A stretch of 64,000 nucleotides of DNA from Polyangiaceae bacterium (lineage in GTDB: Bacteria; Myxococcota_A; Polyangia; Polyangiales; Polyangiaceae). The DNA lies in the NCBI GenBank assembly GCA_965222375.1, contig CBDCTZ010000016.1:3392001-3456000 (forward strand), written 5' to 3'. A program made the translations under genes and the position numbers. The notes beneath the pieces are model-generated. The model worked only from the letters and a program-made list of their open reading frames with translations, was not told the DNA's origin and searched no databases. Below are positions 55,101-64,000 of this stretch, piece by piece (within the stretch, counting starts at the first letter, position 1; each line of letters begins with the position of its first letter).

Positions 55101-56631
55101 CGCGCCAAATCGAAGCTGCACGATCGCGGTCGACGAAGGCGCCTTCCTCTAGCTTGCCGTCGACCTCGAGGGCCAACCGCTCAATCTTGGCATCCGGCGG
55201 GATCGGGAACCGGTAGATCCCCTCCAATACCTCGTCCGTGTTGTTGGTGAAGGTCTCGTCGACCTCTGTGCGGGCCATGACTCCGGCAATGCGCACCTTC
55301 ACCGAGTGGGAGGTGAGGGTGACGGCGCCGGAACGCTCGGTCTTGTCTCCGGGCTTTTTGGCCTTGAGTTCGCCCAAGCCGCGTGCTGGCACATCTTCGG
55401 CCTCGCTTTCCGCCGACGCGGCTTCGCTCCAGGCGAGGGCTTCACCCAGGGAGGGTGCCGGGCTCACGAAGGGTGGAGAGCCAGCGAGCAGGCGCCCCTC
55501 TTCTCCCGCTCGAACCGTGACTTTGCGATCCTCTGCACCGACGAGCTCGACCTTGCCGCGGCTCACGTCCACGCTGGCGCTGTCGTCGAGGACTTTGATT
55601 GCCAACTTGGTTCCCAGGACATTCACATGCCCCTTAGGCAGGTCGAAGCGAGCTTGTTTGCCTTCGATCTTGGCGACGTCCGCCACTAGACCGCCTCGGG
55701 TCAACTTGGCGCGGCGGCCGGTGTCATCGGAGAGTTCCAGGCGGGTGGAGTGATCCAAGGTCACCTTCGTGCCGTCGGCCATGGTGAGCTGAGCGCGCGT
55801 CGTGCCATCGGTAACCAAGGCGCGCCCGGCCTCGACGTCGCTTTCAGCAGACACAGCCGTGCACTCATCATCATCGGTGCACACGCTCAGGCCGCTCTTT
55901 TCGCCACTGGCACTCACGATGTGCGAAACCTTGCCGCTCCAACCATCGCCGTCGCCCAAGCTCGGGGCGCCGCCCCGCAACATCACGACGGCCGCCGCCG
56001 CAGCTGCGAGTCCGGCAAGACCACCACCCGCGAGCAGGATCAGTTTGCCGCGCGAGCGGGTGGTCAGCGGCTTGGGGCGCTCATCGATCTTGCTCCCCTC
56101 AGCCGCCCCTTGGGCGGTGGGCACAGGTGCTGGGGCGGGCATCTCCTCGGTTTGCGCTTTGGGGTTTTCACTCTTGAGGGTGTCGTGTCGATCCGCCGTA
56201 ACCGCGGCGGGTTCGTCCATGCGCGCGGTGATGGGCGGCGCAGAGTCGGGCGGCGCGCTGCTGTCTTCGCCGTCTCGGCCCTCAGCGTTCGCGCCCGCCG
56301 CTACCTCCGCAGAGGCAGCCGGCACTGCGCTCGGTGCAGTGGCGTTTTCGGGGGCTGGCGGGGCGGTGACTTGATTGTCGGCGGCGTCTCCGGAACCACC
56401 AATACGACGATCGAGTTCCGCGAGCACGCGCGCCTCGAGATCGTCCTGCGCGATATAGTCGGCTCCAGCCGACGCGACCAGCTCTGCCAGACGCTCTCCC
56501 TCGTAGCGGAGGTCCCGGCAGGCATCACAGTCCGCCACATGGTCGAACAGCTCGTCCGCAGCGGTTCCATCGAGGATCTCGCTGAGGTGGTCTTCCACCT
56601 TGGCGCACAGCGTCGTGTCTTCCTCGGTCAT
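52171..56631 (-). CDS. Giant anti-sigma factor: ZAS zinc finger - TM - FecR - VIT - vWA - TPR-like
   Basis: HVADCDAC (HxxxCxxC), TM helix, FecR (TDGTTRA...VLGT), VIT (ARTEVDETF.N...LEGIYRFP.P), MIDAS DASRS plus DG; start placed at ATG 56631. Confidence 0.85.
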   Translation of the reverse strand: MTEEDTTLCAKVEDHLSEILDGTAADELFDHVADCDACRDLRYEGERLAELVASAGADYIAQDDLEARVLAELDRRIGGSGDAADNQVTAPPAPENATAPSAVPAASAEVAAGANAEGRDGEDSSAPPDSAPPITARMDEPAAVTADRHDTLKSENPKAQTEEMPAPAPVPTAQGAAEGSKIDERPKPLTTRSRGKLILLAGGGLAGLAAAAAAVVMLRGGAPSLGDGDGWSGKVSHIVSASGEKSGLSVCTDDDECTAVSAESDVEAGRALVTDGTTRAQLTMADGTKVTLDHSTRLELSDDTGRRAKLTRGGLVADVAKIEGKQARFDLPKGHVNVLGTKLAIKVLDDSASVDVSRGKVELVGAEDRKVTVRAGEEGRLLAGSPPFVSPAPSLGEALAWSEAASAESEAEDVPARGLGELKAKKPGDKTERSGAVTLTSHSVKVRIAGVMARTEVDETFTNNTDEVLEGIYRFPIPPDAKIERLALEVDGKLEEGAFVDRDRAASIWRGAIVNAAPKLRRQIREEIVWVPGPWKDPALLEWQRGGRFELRIYPIPKRGSRRVVLAYTQMLKPTGGVRRYSYPLPHDPSGSTKVERFSVDAEVRGHDQGFGVKSSGYELASSKSGKAQRLDMKATNFVPSGDLTLELALPNRDAELSAWAYRPSVKAQAKPVSGKAPALAKTADKSKAALEAAEATDPSDAYVALALRPKLPRARENVKRTFAIVVDASRSMYGESYRRAIAVAEKTVRELDRGDRFTVLACDTSCRTMTGGPRVPSSQAALEARRFLEGSSPEGASDPTAALAAARRAAQGGEGSVRIVYIGDGTPTVGPIRPAYVTRAVQDAVPPGSGTVTAVAIGADSDLDSLSALSRGGGGVVLPYVPGQTTAEVAFAVLGASYGTTLQDVTVELPAALTAVAPKRLDTIVAGGEQLVVARMKANELDGTVVLRGRVGKERFEQRYPIRLLASTAKGNAFVPRLFAATRIADLERETVAEAKKEAIKLSSEFDVASRYTSLLVLESKAMFRAFGLDNTRTSHQWTGEEAAEGSVATGLDELEDQEDPVGDLAPRGGGKRARGPVTLSTRDDFGDSGFGLGQSAASDSKPGGFSRPMKKPAPTPRPPAAATPAEEPVFAEKSKKEAKSKPRDSSAFELDRRSSNRRPWRRPRGRRMIPMRRIWERKGSFEASSNAIPTTALPSVIAVAERDVEQNPNRRAAVKKLYSLLMLAGDVEKAFTTAERWSQKEPLDADALTARADLASRTGDRELAIRILGSVVDVRPDDVPAQRRLARLHRWAGRPDVGCRHALAIAQIRSGDAKLLAEAVSCARQTGLSRMANDMLSGAERRVQRVAERLIPRIDKRSDKLSGDFRVEAKWSGDADLDLAIIHPDGHRVSWLGAPTRSVITATDVQSRQREGLSLRGAKTGEYVIEIARAGGGTGAQVRGEVTVNIAGKRQIIPFTLDGTRTTIGVAKIRMQSRLVPVRNFGWR

Positions 56632-56635
56632 CGTC

Positions 56636-57229
56636 TTACTCCTTACTCCTGGCGACATCCCGCAATTTGCAGAGCGCCCTCGAGACTCGTTTTCGCGCGG
56701 CGGCCTCTTCGATGCCGCACGCCTGTCCCACTTCCCGAAATGACAGCTCGCTGCCGTAGCGCAGCCAAAGGGCTTCTCGTTCACTGGGCCGGACTTGTTC
56801 CAGCATGGCGCGGGCCTTTTCGGCCCGTTGCCTCAAGACGACGAGTTCCTCGGTTGTGTCCGCGCGCGAAGCGTCTACGACGAGCCGTAGCCGCGAGCGC
56901 TGTCGGGAAGATTTTTCAATGTGTCGTGCGCACTTGCGGCGAGCGATGGTCAAGAGCCATGCTTTGAGTGAGCCTTCCGCGCGGTATCCGGCGAAGCCGG
57001 CGTGCGCATCCAGAAGCGTCTCCTGAGTCAGATCGTCGGCCTCCGAGCTAGAGCCCGTTAGCGCCATACACAGTCGGCCGATCGCCGCCCCATGCTGCTT
57101 GGCACAGAGAGACAGCGCCTCTCTATGCCTGCCGTCGGCGATGGCGCCGATGATGGCCTGGTCTTCGGGTGACACCTGCGGTCGTTCACTCCGTGCCGCG
57201 CTCGTTCCTGCTTCCGCCGAATGCCCCAT
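56636..57229 (-). CDS. ECF RNA polymerase sigma factor
   Basis: ADDLTQE, WLLTIAR, region 4 LSFREV...ARKRVSRA; RBS GAGAGGA. Confidence 0.9.
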   Translation of the reverse strand: MGHSAEAGTSAARSERPQVSPEDQAIIGAIADGRHREALSLCAKQHGAAIGRLCMALTGSSSEADDLTQETLLDAHAGFAGYRAEGSLKAWLLTIARRKCARHIEKSSRQRSRLRLVVDASRADTTEELVVLRQRAEKARAMLEQVRPSEREALWLRYGSELSFREVGQACGIEEAAARKRVSRALCKLRDVARSKE

Positions 57230-57466
57230 GTGTCCTCTCTTCCCCTGTGGCTGAGTGTCGCCGATCCGTGACCGCATTTTTTTCGCCCAATGGACAACGC
57301 TGGGTCGCGGCGGGCCTTGCAGCTCGTTCCTGGGTCGCTAATAAAGATAATAAATTCGAATAGTTACGAGGCAACTTCCCGGACTGGGGGTGACCTGCAT
57401 CGGGACCGCTATCGGTCCCGGACTTTTGGCCCGGTCCGCGGGGCACGTGCCACGATCCGATCCGCC

Positions 57467-57871
57467 ATGCACAACGAAGCCGTCGTAGTTCTGGAGCGAG
57501 GTACCGCTCTGCCGCCTTGGATGGACGCCGAGCTGGGCGCCGAGTCCAGCATCTTCGTCCGCGCCGAGGGCGCTGGGGAGGCGCCTTCAGCTTTCGCGAC
57601 CCGCGTCACTGAGGGCATCGAACGCGGCGAACTGCCCCGACGGGCGCGCATGTGTGTGCTGGTGGTGGGGGATGACTCGGGCCGCGAGCGGACCCTAGCC
57701 CGAGGGGCGATGCTGATTTCTTTATGGGAATTGGGTCGCGTCATTGTGTTGAGCGAGTCCACCAATCTCGCCCTAGAGCAACTTGCGGCGATGTACGACG
57801 CAGAGCTTCGGATTGAGACACGGAAGTCCGAAGATCACGAAGAGCCCATCAGCGTACGCCGCGTAGCCTGA
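57467..57871 (+). CDS. Hypothetical protein
   Basis: Globular-looking ORF after an AT-rich promoter region. Confidence 0.55.
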   Translation: MHNEAVVVLERGTALPPWMDAELGAESSIFVRAEGAGEAPSAFATRVTEGIERGELPRRARMCVLVVGDDSGRERTLARGAMLISLWELGRVIVLSESTNLALEQLAAMYDAELRIETRKSEDHEEPISVRRVA

Positions 57872-57930
57872 ACCCGCGTCAGCCCCTTTAGCCAACACCT
57901 AACCAGTCGGAAGGCGACCGGGGCCGGGGC

Positions 57931-59223
57931 CTGACGGCTCCCCACGAATTTCTTCGGAGAATCGTGCGGGTACGAATGGATTGACGACCACACAGGCCTT
58001 TGATCTTCTGGAGTTAACCACAACGTCCAAAGGGAGACCTGTGCAGTCACTGGCTAAAGTACCCAAACTCTTTGGTGATTCGCTACGCGGAATTCATTCG
58101 GCTCGAGTGAAGCTCGTTTTTGCTTTGGTTGCGGGACTGTTACGGGGCGGCCGCGCCACCGTGATCAGCATCGGTCGGGGTGTGTGAAGTACGGCGACCG
58201 AAAAACACCGCATCAAGCGGGCGGATCGTGCGCTTTCGAATCGCCATTTGCAGGCAGAGCTTGTGACTTGGGGGGCCGCGCTCGCGTGGAGGGTTTTGCG
58301 TCACTGCGAGCGTCCGGTGATCCTGGTGGACTGGACGAAGCTCTCGGACCGGCACGTCGCCATACGTGCTTCCGTAGCTTTTCAGGGACGCTCAGTTGTG
58401 ATCTTAACGGAGCCGCGTCCGAGCAGGTTGCTTGGCAACCGGAAGATGCAGCAGAGTTTCTTGCGCAAACTCAAGAAGGTCGTGCCCTCGCAGTGCCGTC
58501 CCATCGTCGTGACGGACATTGGGTTCTTGGGGCCGTGGTTTGAGGACGTCCTCAGGGTCGGCTGGGACTTTGTTGGTCGACTACGCGGCGATCTGACCCC
58601 GCGTAGGTGCCGTGAAGAGCCTTGCCAGGTCGTGGCCTATCAGAAAAAAATTGCTACCCATCAGCCGGAGGATCACGGCCAACACTTGCTGAGACTCAAA
58701 GCGCCATACGAAGCAAGGATTGTAACCTATGACGGTCGCAGTCGGCGGGCCTCGCGTCGGCGTCGAACGCTTCCTCGAAAGAACAGCGACCGCAAAAACG
58801 TCTTGCGCGCAACGCGTCCCTAGGTCCTAGCGACATCGCTGAAGGCCGAATCGGCGGCACAAATCGTGCGGGCATATGCTCGTCGAATGGAAATCGAGGA
58901 ATCCTTCCGTGACGACAAGAGCTCTCGCTACGGTTGGGCACTCGAGCAGAGCATGACTCGCAAGATCAACCGATTGCGCGTCCTGCTCATGCTTACTGCA
59001 TTCGCCAGCTTCATCGCGCTGCTCGTGGGCGCCGCCGCCGAAGAGCGAGGACTCCAGAGACACTTCCAGGCCAACACGACACGAACTCGACGTGTGCTTT
59101 CCATCATTACTCTCGGCAGACGATGCCTTGAGCGCGATACCCCTCACATATTCAGGGCGCTTGTCGACGGTCTGTCGGCACTCCGCGCGCTGGAGGCCGT
59201 GTGATTTCGTGGGGATCCGTCAG
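57931..59223 (+). mobile_element. IS4-family (IS10-like) insertion sequence, 1293 bp
   Basis: 20-bp terminal inverted repeats, 18/20 identical (CTGACGGmTCCCCACGAAwT); 9-bp flanking repeats GGCCGGGGC and GGCCGGGGG. Confidence 0.9.
58041..59204 (+). pseudogene. IS4-family DDE transposase with two in-frame stops
   Basis: One frame throughout: KHRIKR.DR, LVDW, TD.GF, Y.RRM.IEESFRD.K; TGA at 58185 and TAG at 58821. Confidence 0.88.
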
Positions 59224-59447
59224 GGCCGGGGGAATCTTCCCCCGCGAGCTGTACCCAGCGATGGACCGCACGAGGCACCAGAACACAATTCGCACGCGTG
59301 CCCCCATGGGTCCGGCGCTCTAGGCTCAAACGTGCCCACGCAAAACCATCCCACGAGCACCAACTTGTTCGCGACGCATCAGCCCCTTCGCCAAGCGCTT
59401 CCCAGTCACGCATTATTAGCGACCTTTACAAATCCCGAAACAGGTGC

Positions 59448-60791
59448 ATGTTTGCGGGCATCGTGCCTGCTTGGTTCGACCCCCTGCGGCCCTACGTCGC
59501 GTGGCTCTTTCTGGCCGTTGCCTTGGCGGGAGCGGGATTCACCCTCAATGCCCTGCGCCCGATCAAGGGCGGGCGGGTTTTGCTCATTCCTGCGTTCCTG
59601 AGCTCGTGGATTGTGGGCGAAATGGTTGCGCACCAGTTCGTATGGCAGCTGGTGTCGACCCTCGTCTTCGTTTGGCTCGGGGCCCTCGACCATTGGCCGG
59701 GTTGGGTTGCGCTCGGTCTCACGACAATCTCGTGGGTGGCCCTCGTCGTGATGTGGGTGAGCGCACGGCGCGCCGAGAGCGTGGTGCGGGGCGCGCTGGC
59801 GGACTTCCAGCCCTTTGACGATTGGCCGCGGGTGCCGTGGACCAAGTTGGTGACACCGCTGCTGATGGGGCGGCGTGGCGTGAATCGAACCCGCGGCGTC
59901 GAGTACCACCGGATTGGCAAGAAGCGGTTGTTGCTCGACGTGTATCAGCCCGCTCAGCCGGGTAGTCGCCGCCCCGCCGTGCTGCAGATCCACGGTGGCG
60001 GCTGGGTGCTCGGGAGCCGGCGCGATCAAGGGCTCCCGTTGCTGTACCATCTGGCCAGTCAAGGTTGGGTCGGGTTCAATGTCGACTACCGGCTCAGTCC
60101 GCGGGCGACCTTCCCGGATCACCTAGTCGACATCAAACGCGCTTTGGCGTGGATTAGGGAACACGCCGATGAATACGGCGTCGACCCGGACTTCCTGGTG
60201 GTGACCGGCGGCTCGGCTGGGGGCCATTTGACCGCGTTGATGGCACTGACCCAGAACGATCCGAGCTACCAACCCGGCTTCGAGAGCGCAGATACGCGAG
60301 TCCAAGCGGCGGTGCCCTTCTACGGGGTGTATTGCTTCGTCGATCGATTGAAGCTGTATGGGCCCGAGTTTTTCTCGATGCTGATCGAGCCGCTGGTGAT
60401 GAAAGCGAAGCTGGCGGATGAGCCGGAAAAGTTCCACCGTGCCTCTCCCCTCGACCAGGTGAACGGGGATGCGCCGCCGTTCTTCATCGTCCATGGGGAC
60501 CGCGATACCCTTGCGCCGGTGCAGTACGCTCGAGAACTCGTGCGATTGCTTCGCGAGCGCTCCAGCGCCGCCGTCGCATACGCGGAGCTGCCCGGCGCCC
60601 AGCATGCCTTCGACATCTTCTACTCGCCGCGCAGCGTCCGCGTGGTGGAGGGGGTCGAACGGTTTCTCAGTCGCATCCATCAGAACCGTGAAGGCAAGCA
60701 CGCGGATGCCGAGCCGCAGGGGCAGCGCGGGAGTAGCGCCCCAGCGCCGCCAAGTGACGCGACCCAAACCCAACAAGAGAGCACGGTTTGA
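59448..60791 (+). CDS. Membrane-anchored alpha/beta-hydrolase (HSL-like esterase)
   Basis: HGGG, GGSAGG, HGDRD, HAFD; N-terminal TM helices. Confidence 0.88.
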   Translation: MFAGIVPAWFDPLRPYVAWLFLAVALAGAGFTLNALRPIKGGRVLLIPAFLSSWIVGEMVAHQFVWQLVSTLVFVWLGALDHWPGWVALGLTTISWVALVVMWVSARRAESVVRGALADFQPFDDWPRVPWTKLVTPLLMGRRGVNRTRGVEYHRIGKKRLLLDVYQPAQPGSRRPAVLQIHGGGWVLGSRRDQGLPLLYHLASQGWVGFNVDYRLSPRATFPDHLVDIKRALAWIREHADEYGVDPDFLVVTGGSAGGHLTALMALTQNDPSYQPGFESADTRVQAAVPFYGVYCFVDRLKLYGPEFFSMLIEPLVMKAKLADEPEKFHRASPLDQVNGDAPPFFIVHGDRDTLAPVQYARELVRLLRERSSAAVAYAELPGAQHAFDIFYSPRSVRVVEGVERFLSRIHQNREGKHADAEPQGQRGSSAPAPPSDATQTQQESTV

Positions 60792-60821
60792 CCCGGTGCC
60801 GCCCACAAGGCGAGCCGAGAG

Positions 60822-61727
60822 CTACTCGGTGCTGCTCCTCCAACCGCTAGGGCCCAACCAGAAAGTGGCTCCGAAGTAGCCGGCCTCTTTTAGGTAGCGC
60901 CCGGTCAAGGGTTCGTCGTCGATGAAGCCCTCGAAGCGGCGAAGAAAAGCGATGCCCGATCGAAGCTGAAGGTGAAAGGCCTTGCCAAGGTGCACGGTCA
61001 CATGCGGCCCCACCTTGGCTACGGAGTACGCGAGAAATATTCGGCTCGCCCCGATATTCTCTGCGCCGAGGTGAAAGCGGTCTCCAGTCAGTCCACCTAC
61101 GATCCCCGTGGTGACTCGCTCGGAAGTTTGGAAGCCGAGTTCCACGTGAGCGGGAGCGATTCCGGAGAGCCTCCAACGAGGTGCGAAGTGCCAGTTCAAG
61201 GCCAGCAGGGGCAAGGGTTGGAATTTGCCGGTGCGTCGGTCGTAGCCAACACCAGCGCCAAGGGAAAAATCCTTGCTGAACTCGTAGCTCCCAATACCTC
61301 GGAAGACGAAGACGACGTCGTCCTCGTGCACGTCATCTTCGAAGTCTGACGCCAACCCAGCACCCGCGATGAACATGCTGCGCCAATGCTCACCAAATTT
61401 CTGGATCCACGCGGTGTTCAGCAGCAGCGAATGGAGTCGGTCCACAGGGATGGGTTGGTTTTCGGTCTGGATGTCGACGAAGCGATACTTGATACCCGGT
61501 GCCAGGATCGTGCCCTTCCCCAACTTGAGCCCGTAGTTCAGGCTGAGCTGGGTGTCAGTCACCCCTACTTCGCGACTTTCCTCCCCCGCCACTGCATCCT
61601 TGCCCCGGGTCGGCGGCACGTAGTCCACGCCGGCCACGACCAGGCCCTTCGGCTGGCCCACGGCAGCGCCGGTTGCAAGTAGCGTGGTGGCTGCCAGAGC
61701 AAGCGCTGACGGTTTGCGTGGATACAT
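60822..61727 (-). CDS. Putative outer-membrane beta-barrel protein (DUF6268-like)
   Basis: Signal peptide, amphipathic strands, ASDF and PLP motifs. Confidence 0.6.
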   Translation of the reverse strand: MYPRKPSALALAATTLLATGAAVGQPKGLVVAGVDYVPPTRGKDAVAGEESREVGVTDTQLSLNYGLKLGKGTILAPGIKYRFVDIQTENQPIPVDRLHSLLLNTAWIQKFGEHWRSMFIAGAGLASDFEDDVHEDDVVFVFRGIGSYEFSKDFSLGAGVGYDRRTGKFQPLPLLALNWHFAPRWRLSGIAPAHVELGFQTSERVTTGIVGGLTGDRFHLGAENIGASRIFLAYSVAKVGPHVTVHLGKAFHLQLRSGIAFLRRFEGFIDDEPLTGRYLKEAGYFGATFWLGPSGWRSSTE

Positions 61728-61752
61728 GTCGCGATGCCAAGTGCGCAGCCGA

Positions 61753-64000
61753 TTAGGGATCCACCTTGCCGAATTTGACCCGAAAGAAGAGCGAATACAG
61801 TACCGGTACGACCCCCAAGGTCAGCACGGTCGAAAACAGCAAACCGAAGATGATGCTGATGGCCATGGGTTCCCACATCGGACCACCGCCGTACCACAGC
61901 GGAATCAGACCGAGCACGGTGGTGAAGGTGGTCAGCAGGATAGGGCGGAGGCGGCGTTGAGCCGACTCGATGATCGCGCGGGCTGGCGGGTGACCGTTTT
62001 CTTCAATCTCTATCTTGATGCGATCGATCAGAACGATGGCGTTGTTGATCACGATCCCGGCTAGGGAAATGATCCCGAGCGTTGTCATGAAGCCGACGTA
62101 GGAATCGGCGACTAGCAGCCCGACGGTGACACCGATGAGAGACAGAGGGATCGCCATCAGAACGATGAAGGGCCGACGGATCGAGTTGAACTGCATCACC
62201 AGAAGTAAGATGATGACGAGCGCTGCGATGGGCAGTTTGTCCGCGATGGCTTGGTTGGCGTCGGCGCTGCCTTTGCCATCGCCACCGAGCTCCCAGCGCA
62301 TCGACGGACCCCACTCCTTCGCCTTGCCATCGAGCCAAGGCACGATCTGCGCGTTGACTTCCGCGGCGGTGGTATCGCCCTCCACATCCGCGCGGACCTC
62401 CATGGTCTTGAGGCGATCGCGGCGCAAGATCTTGGCGGGTTCCCAGACGATGTCGACGTCGGCTACCTGCTTGAGGGGCACCGAGCGGGTGCTTTGGGCA
62501 GCGTAGACCTTGAGGGTATCGAGCTTGCCCAGGTCATCTCGGTCAGCGACCTTGGCACGCAGCACGACCGGTATGCTGTCGTCGCCCTCGCGGTAATCCG
62601 TCACCGTGATGCCGCTCAGGGAGGTTTTCAAGGAGGTGGCCACATCGCGGTTGGACAGCCCAGAGCGGCGAACCCGCGCCGGGTCGATCTGCACGATCAG
62701 CTTCTTGATCCGCTGCCCCCAGTTGTCACGAATGTTGGTCACACCCGACGTGTCGGCCAGCTTGTCTTTGACCTCCTGGGCGTGGGCGTACAGGCCTTGC
62801 TCCGTCCGGGCTTGGATCTTGTAGACCACTGGCGCCGTTGCGGGGGCACCTGCCGCCCTCAGTCGCACCGTCGCCACGGTATCTGGGAAGTTGTCGGCCA
62901 CGAACTTGCGCACCTTGGGCATGGCCGCGGACGCCGCGTCGAAGTCCGTTGCGGTCACGATCAAGACACTGAACTCAGGTGCGGATTCGGGACCCGAGTA
63001 GCCCAGATAGAAGCGTGGCCCACCTTCCCCGATGAACGTGGCCCAGTGCTTCAGCCCGCTCTTGCGCTGCTCATTGACCTGGAGCTCTCGGTTGAGAAAG
63101 CCCTCCAGCTTGGCGGTGACCTGCCGAGTGTGCTCGATCGCCGTGCCCGTGGGTAGCTCGAGTTCGACGGTGAAAGACGGATTGTCCGACGCCGGGAAGA
63201 AGAGTTTGCGGACGTAGCCCAGGCCCTGGATCGCCGCGAAGAACGTAGCGGCGACAACCGCGAGGGTCACGACTCGATGCCGGAGCACGGTCAACAGCCC
63301 AGCCCGATACAAGCGATAGAAGCGTGTGTTGTAGGTCCCTTCGCTCGCGACTTTGGGAGCCTTCAGGAGCTTTGCGCAAAACAGCGGAATGACGGTGATG
63401 GACAGAATCCAGGAACAGAGCAGCGTGATCGTGACCACCTTGAACAGGGGTGCGGTGTACTCGCCAACGGTAGACTCCGCGAGGTAGATCGGCAGGAACG
63501 CTGCAGATGTCGTTAGCGATGCGATCAGCAGGGGCAGCGCGAGTTCCACCGATGAACGCACTGCGGCATCCGTGGCGGACTTGCCTTCGCCCATCTGTAC
63601 CAGGGTGGATTCCGCCACTACGACGGCGTTGTCCACCAGCATCCCGAGGGCGATGATCAGTGCCGCCAACGATATCTGGTCCAGCCCGACACCGAAGATG
63701 GACATGACGAATAGCGCCGATGCCATCGCCATGGGGATCAGGGTGGAAACGACCAAGCCCGTTCTGAGGCCCAGGAAGAGCAGCATCGCCAAGAGCACCA
63801 CGCCAATGGCCTGAAGTAGGTTCGAGACGAAGTCGTCGACCTTGGTCTCCACGTCGCCAGGCTGAAAGATGACGATGTCGAAGCTGACGCCAATGGGGTA
63901 ACTTCGTTCGACTTCTTCCAGCCGCTTCTTGACCGCCGTGCCGAGGTCGACGAGGTTGCCGCCCTCTCGCATCGCTACGGCCAGGGCAAGGCCTGGCGTG
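61753..64000 (-). CDS. RND efflux permease (AcrB family), 5'-truncated by window edge
   Basis: GMLVDNAVVV, GIVINNAIVL, RLRPILLT; frame is open to the window end. Confidence 0.92.
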   Translation of the reverse strand, partial: TPGLALAVAMREGGNLVDLGTAVKKRLEEVERSYPIGVSFDIVIFQPGDVETKVDDFVSNLLQAIGVVLLAMLLFLGLRTGLVVSTLIPMAMASALFVMSIFGVGLDQISLAALIIALGMLVDNAVVVAESTLVQMGEGKSATDAAVRSSVELALPLLIASLTTSAAFLPIYLAESTVGEYTAPLFKVVTITLLCSWILSITVIPLFCAKLLKAPKVASEGTYNTRFYRLYRAGLLTVLRHRVVTLAVVAATFFAAIQGLGYVRKLFFPASDNPSFTVELELPTGTAIEHTRQVTAKLEGFLNRELQVNEQRKSGLKHWATFIGEGGPRFYLGYSGPESAPEFSVLIVTATDFDAASAAMPKVRKFVADNFPDTVATVRLRAAGAPATAPVVYKIQARTEQGLYAHAQEVKDKLADTSGVTNIRDNWGQRIKKLIVQIDPARVRRSGLSNRDVATSLKTSLSGITVTDYREGDDSIPVVLRAKVADRDDLGKLDTLKVYAAQSTRSVPLKQVADVDIVWEPAKILRRDRLKTMEVRADVEGDTTAAEVNAQIVPWLDGKAKEWGPSMRWELGGDGKGSADANQAIADKLPIAALVIILLLVMQFNSIRRPFIVLMAIPLSLIGVTVGLLVADSYVGFMTTLGIISLAGIVINNAIVLIDRIKIEIEENGHPPARAIIESAQRRLRPILLTTFTTVLGLIPLWYGGGPMWEPMAISIIFGLLFSTVLTLGVVPVLYSLFFRVKFGKVDP

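Noticed and set aside
2565..56631. MoxR and the VIT-vWA anti-sigma as one MoxR/vWA system
   Set aside because: They are about 49 kb apart, and the vWA domain is predicted extracytoplasmic while MoxR is cytoplasmic
52096..56967. Long + strand ORFs (418 aa and 405 aa)
   Set aside because: Antisense shadows of the anti-sigma gene, as expected in high-GC DNA
58185..58823. In-frame TGA/TAG as selenocysteine, pyrrolysine or genetic-code reassignment
   Set aside because: Both codons serve as normal stops throughout the window, and the element shows other signs of decay

Overview
GC-rich (roughly two-thirds G+C by eye) bacterial DNA whose gene content points to Myxococcota, probably Polyangiales: four Hanks-type Ser/Thr kinases, many lipoproteins with Gly-rich linkers, a TonB-fused TonB-dependent receptor and a TPR/PEGA-like protein. 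About 47 CDS are supported. Recognisable genes include lolD, astA, a MoxR ATPase, an AlaC-like aminotransferase, PIN-PhoH, sppA, a K+ channel, a SirC/CysG-N protein, an Omp85 protein, malQ, terC, MscS, a pgsB-pgsC-pgsW poly-gamma-glutamate operon, an ECF sigma/anti-sigma pair and a partial RND permease. Non-coding elements are a clear cobalamin riboswitch, a full-length but inactivated IS4-family (IS10-like) element with inverted and target-site repeats, and candidate sigma-54, ECF and leaderless promoters. No tRNA, rRNA or CRISPR array was seen. The best leads are: (1) a small Zn-ribbon lipoprotein with four YG[AV]P motifs, plus a second tiny YG lipoprotein, both possible in-trans substrates of radical-SAM spliceases; (2) an ECF sigma factor with a giant ZAS-FecR-VIT-vWA anti-sigma and a candidate target lipoprotein; (3) a membrane coiled-coil ATPase coupled to MscS; (4) PIN-PhoH coupled to a DUF1704-type peptidase; (5) a STAND kinase facing a fvmX-like conflict-system module. 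All family calls come from motifs read by eye; no database search was run.
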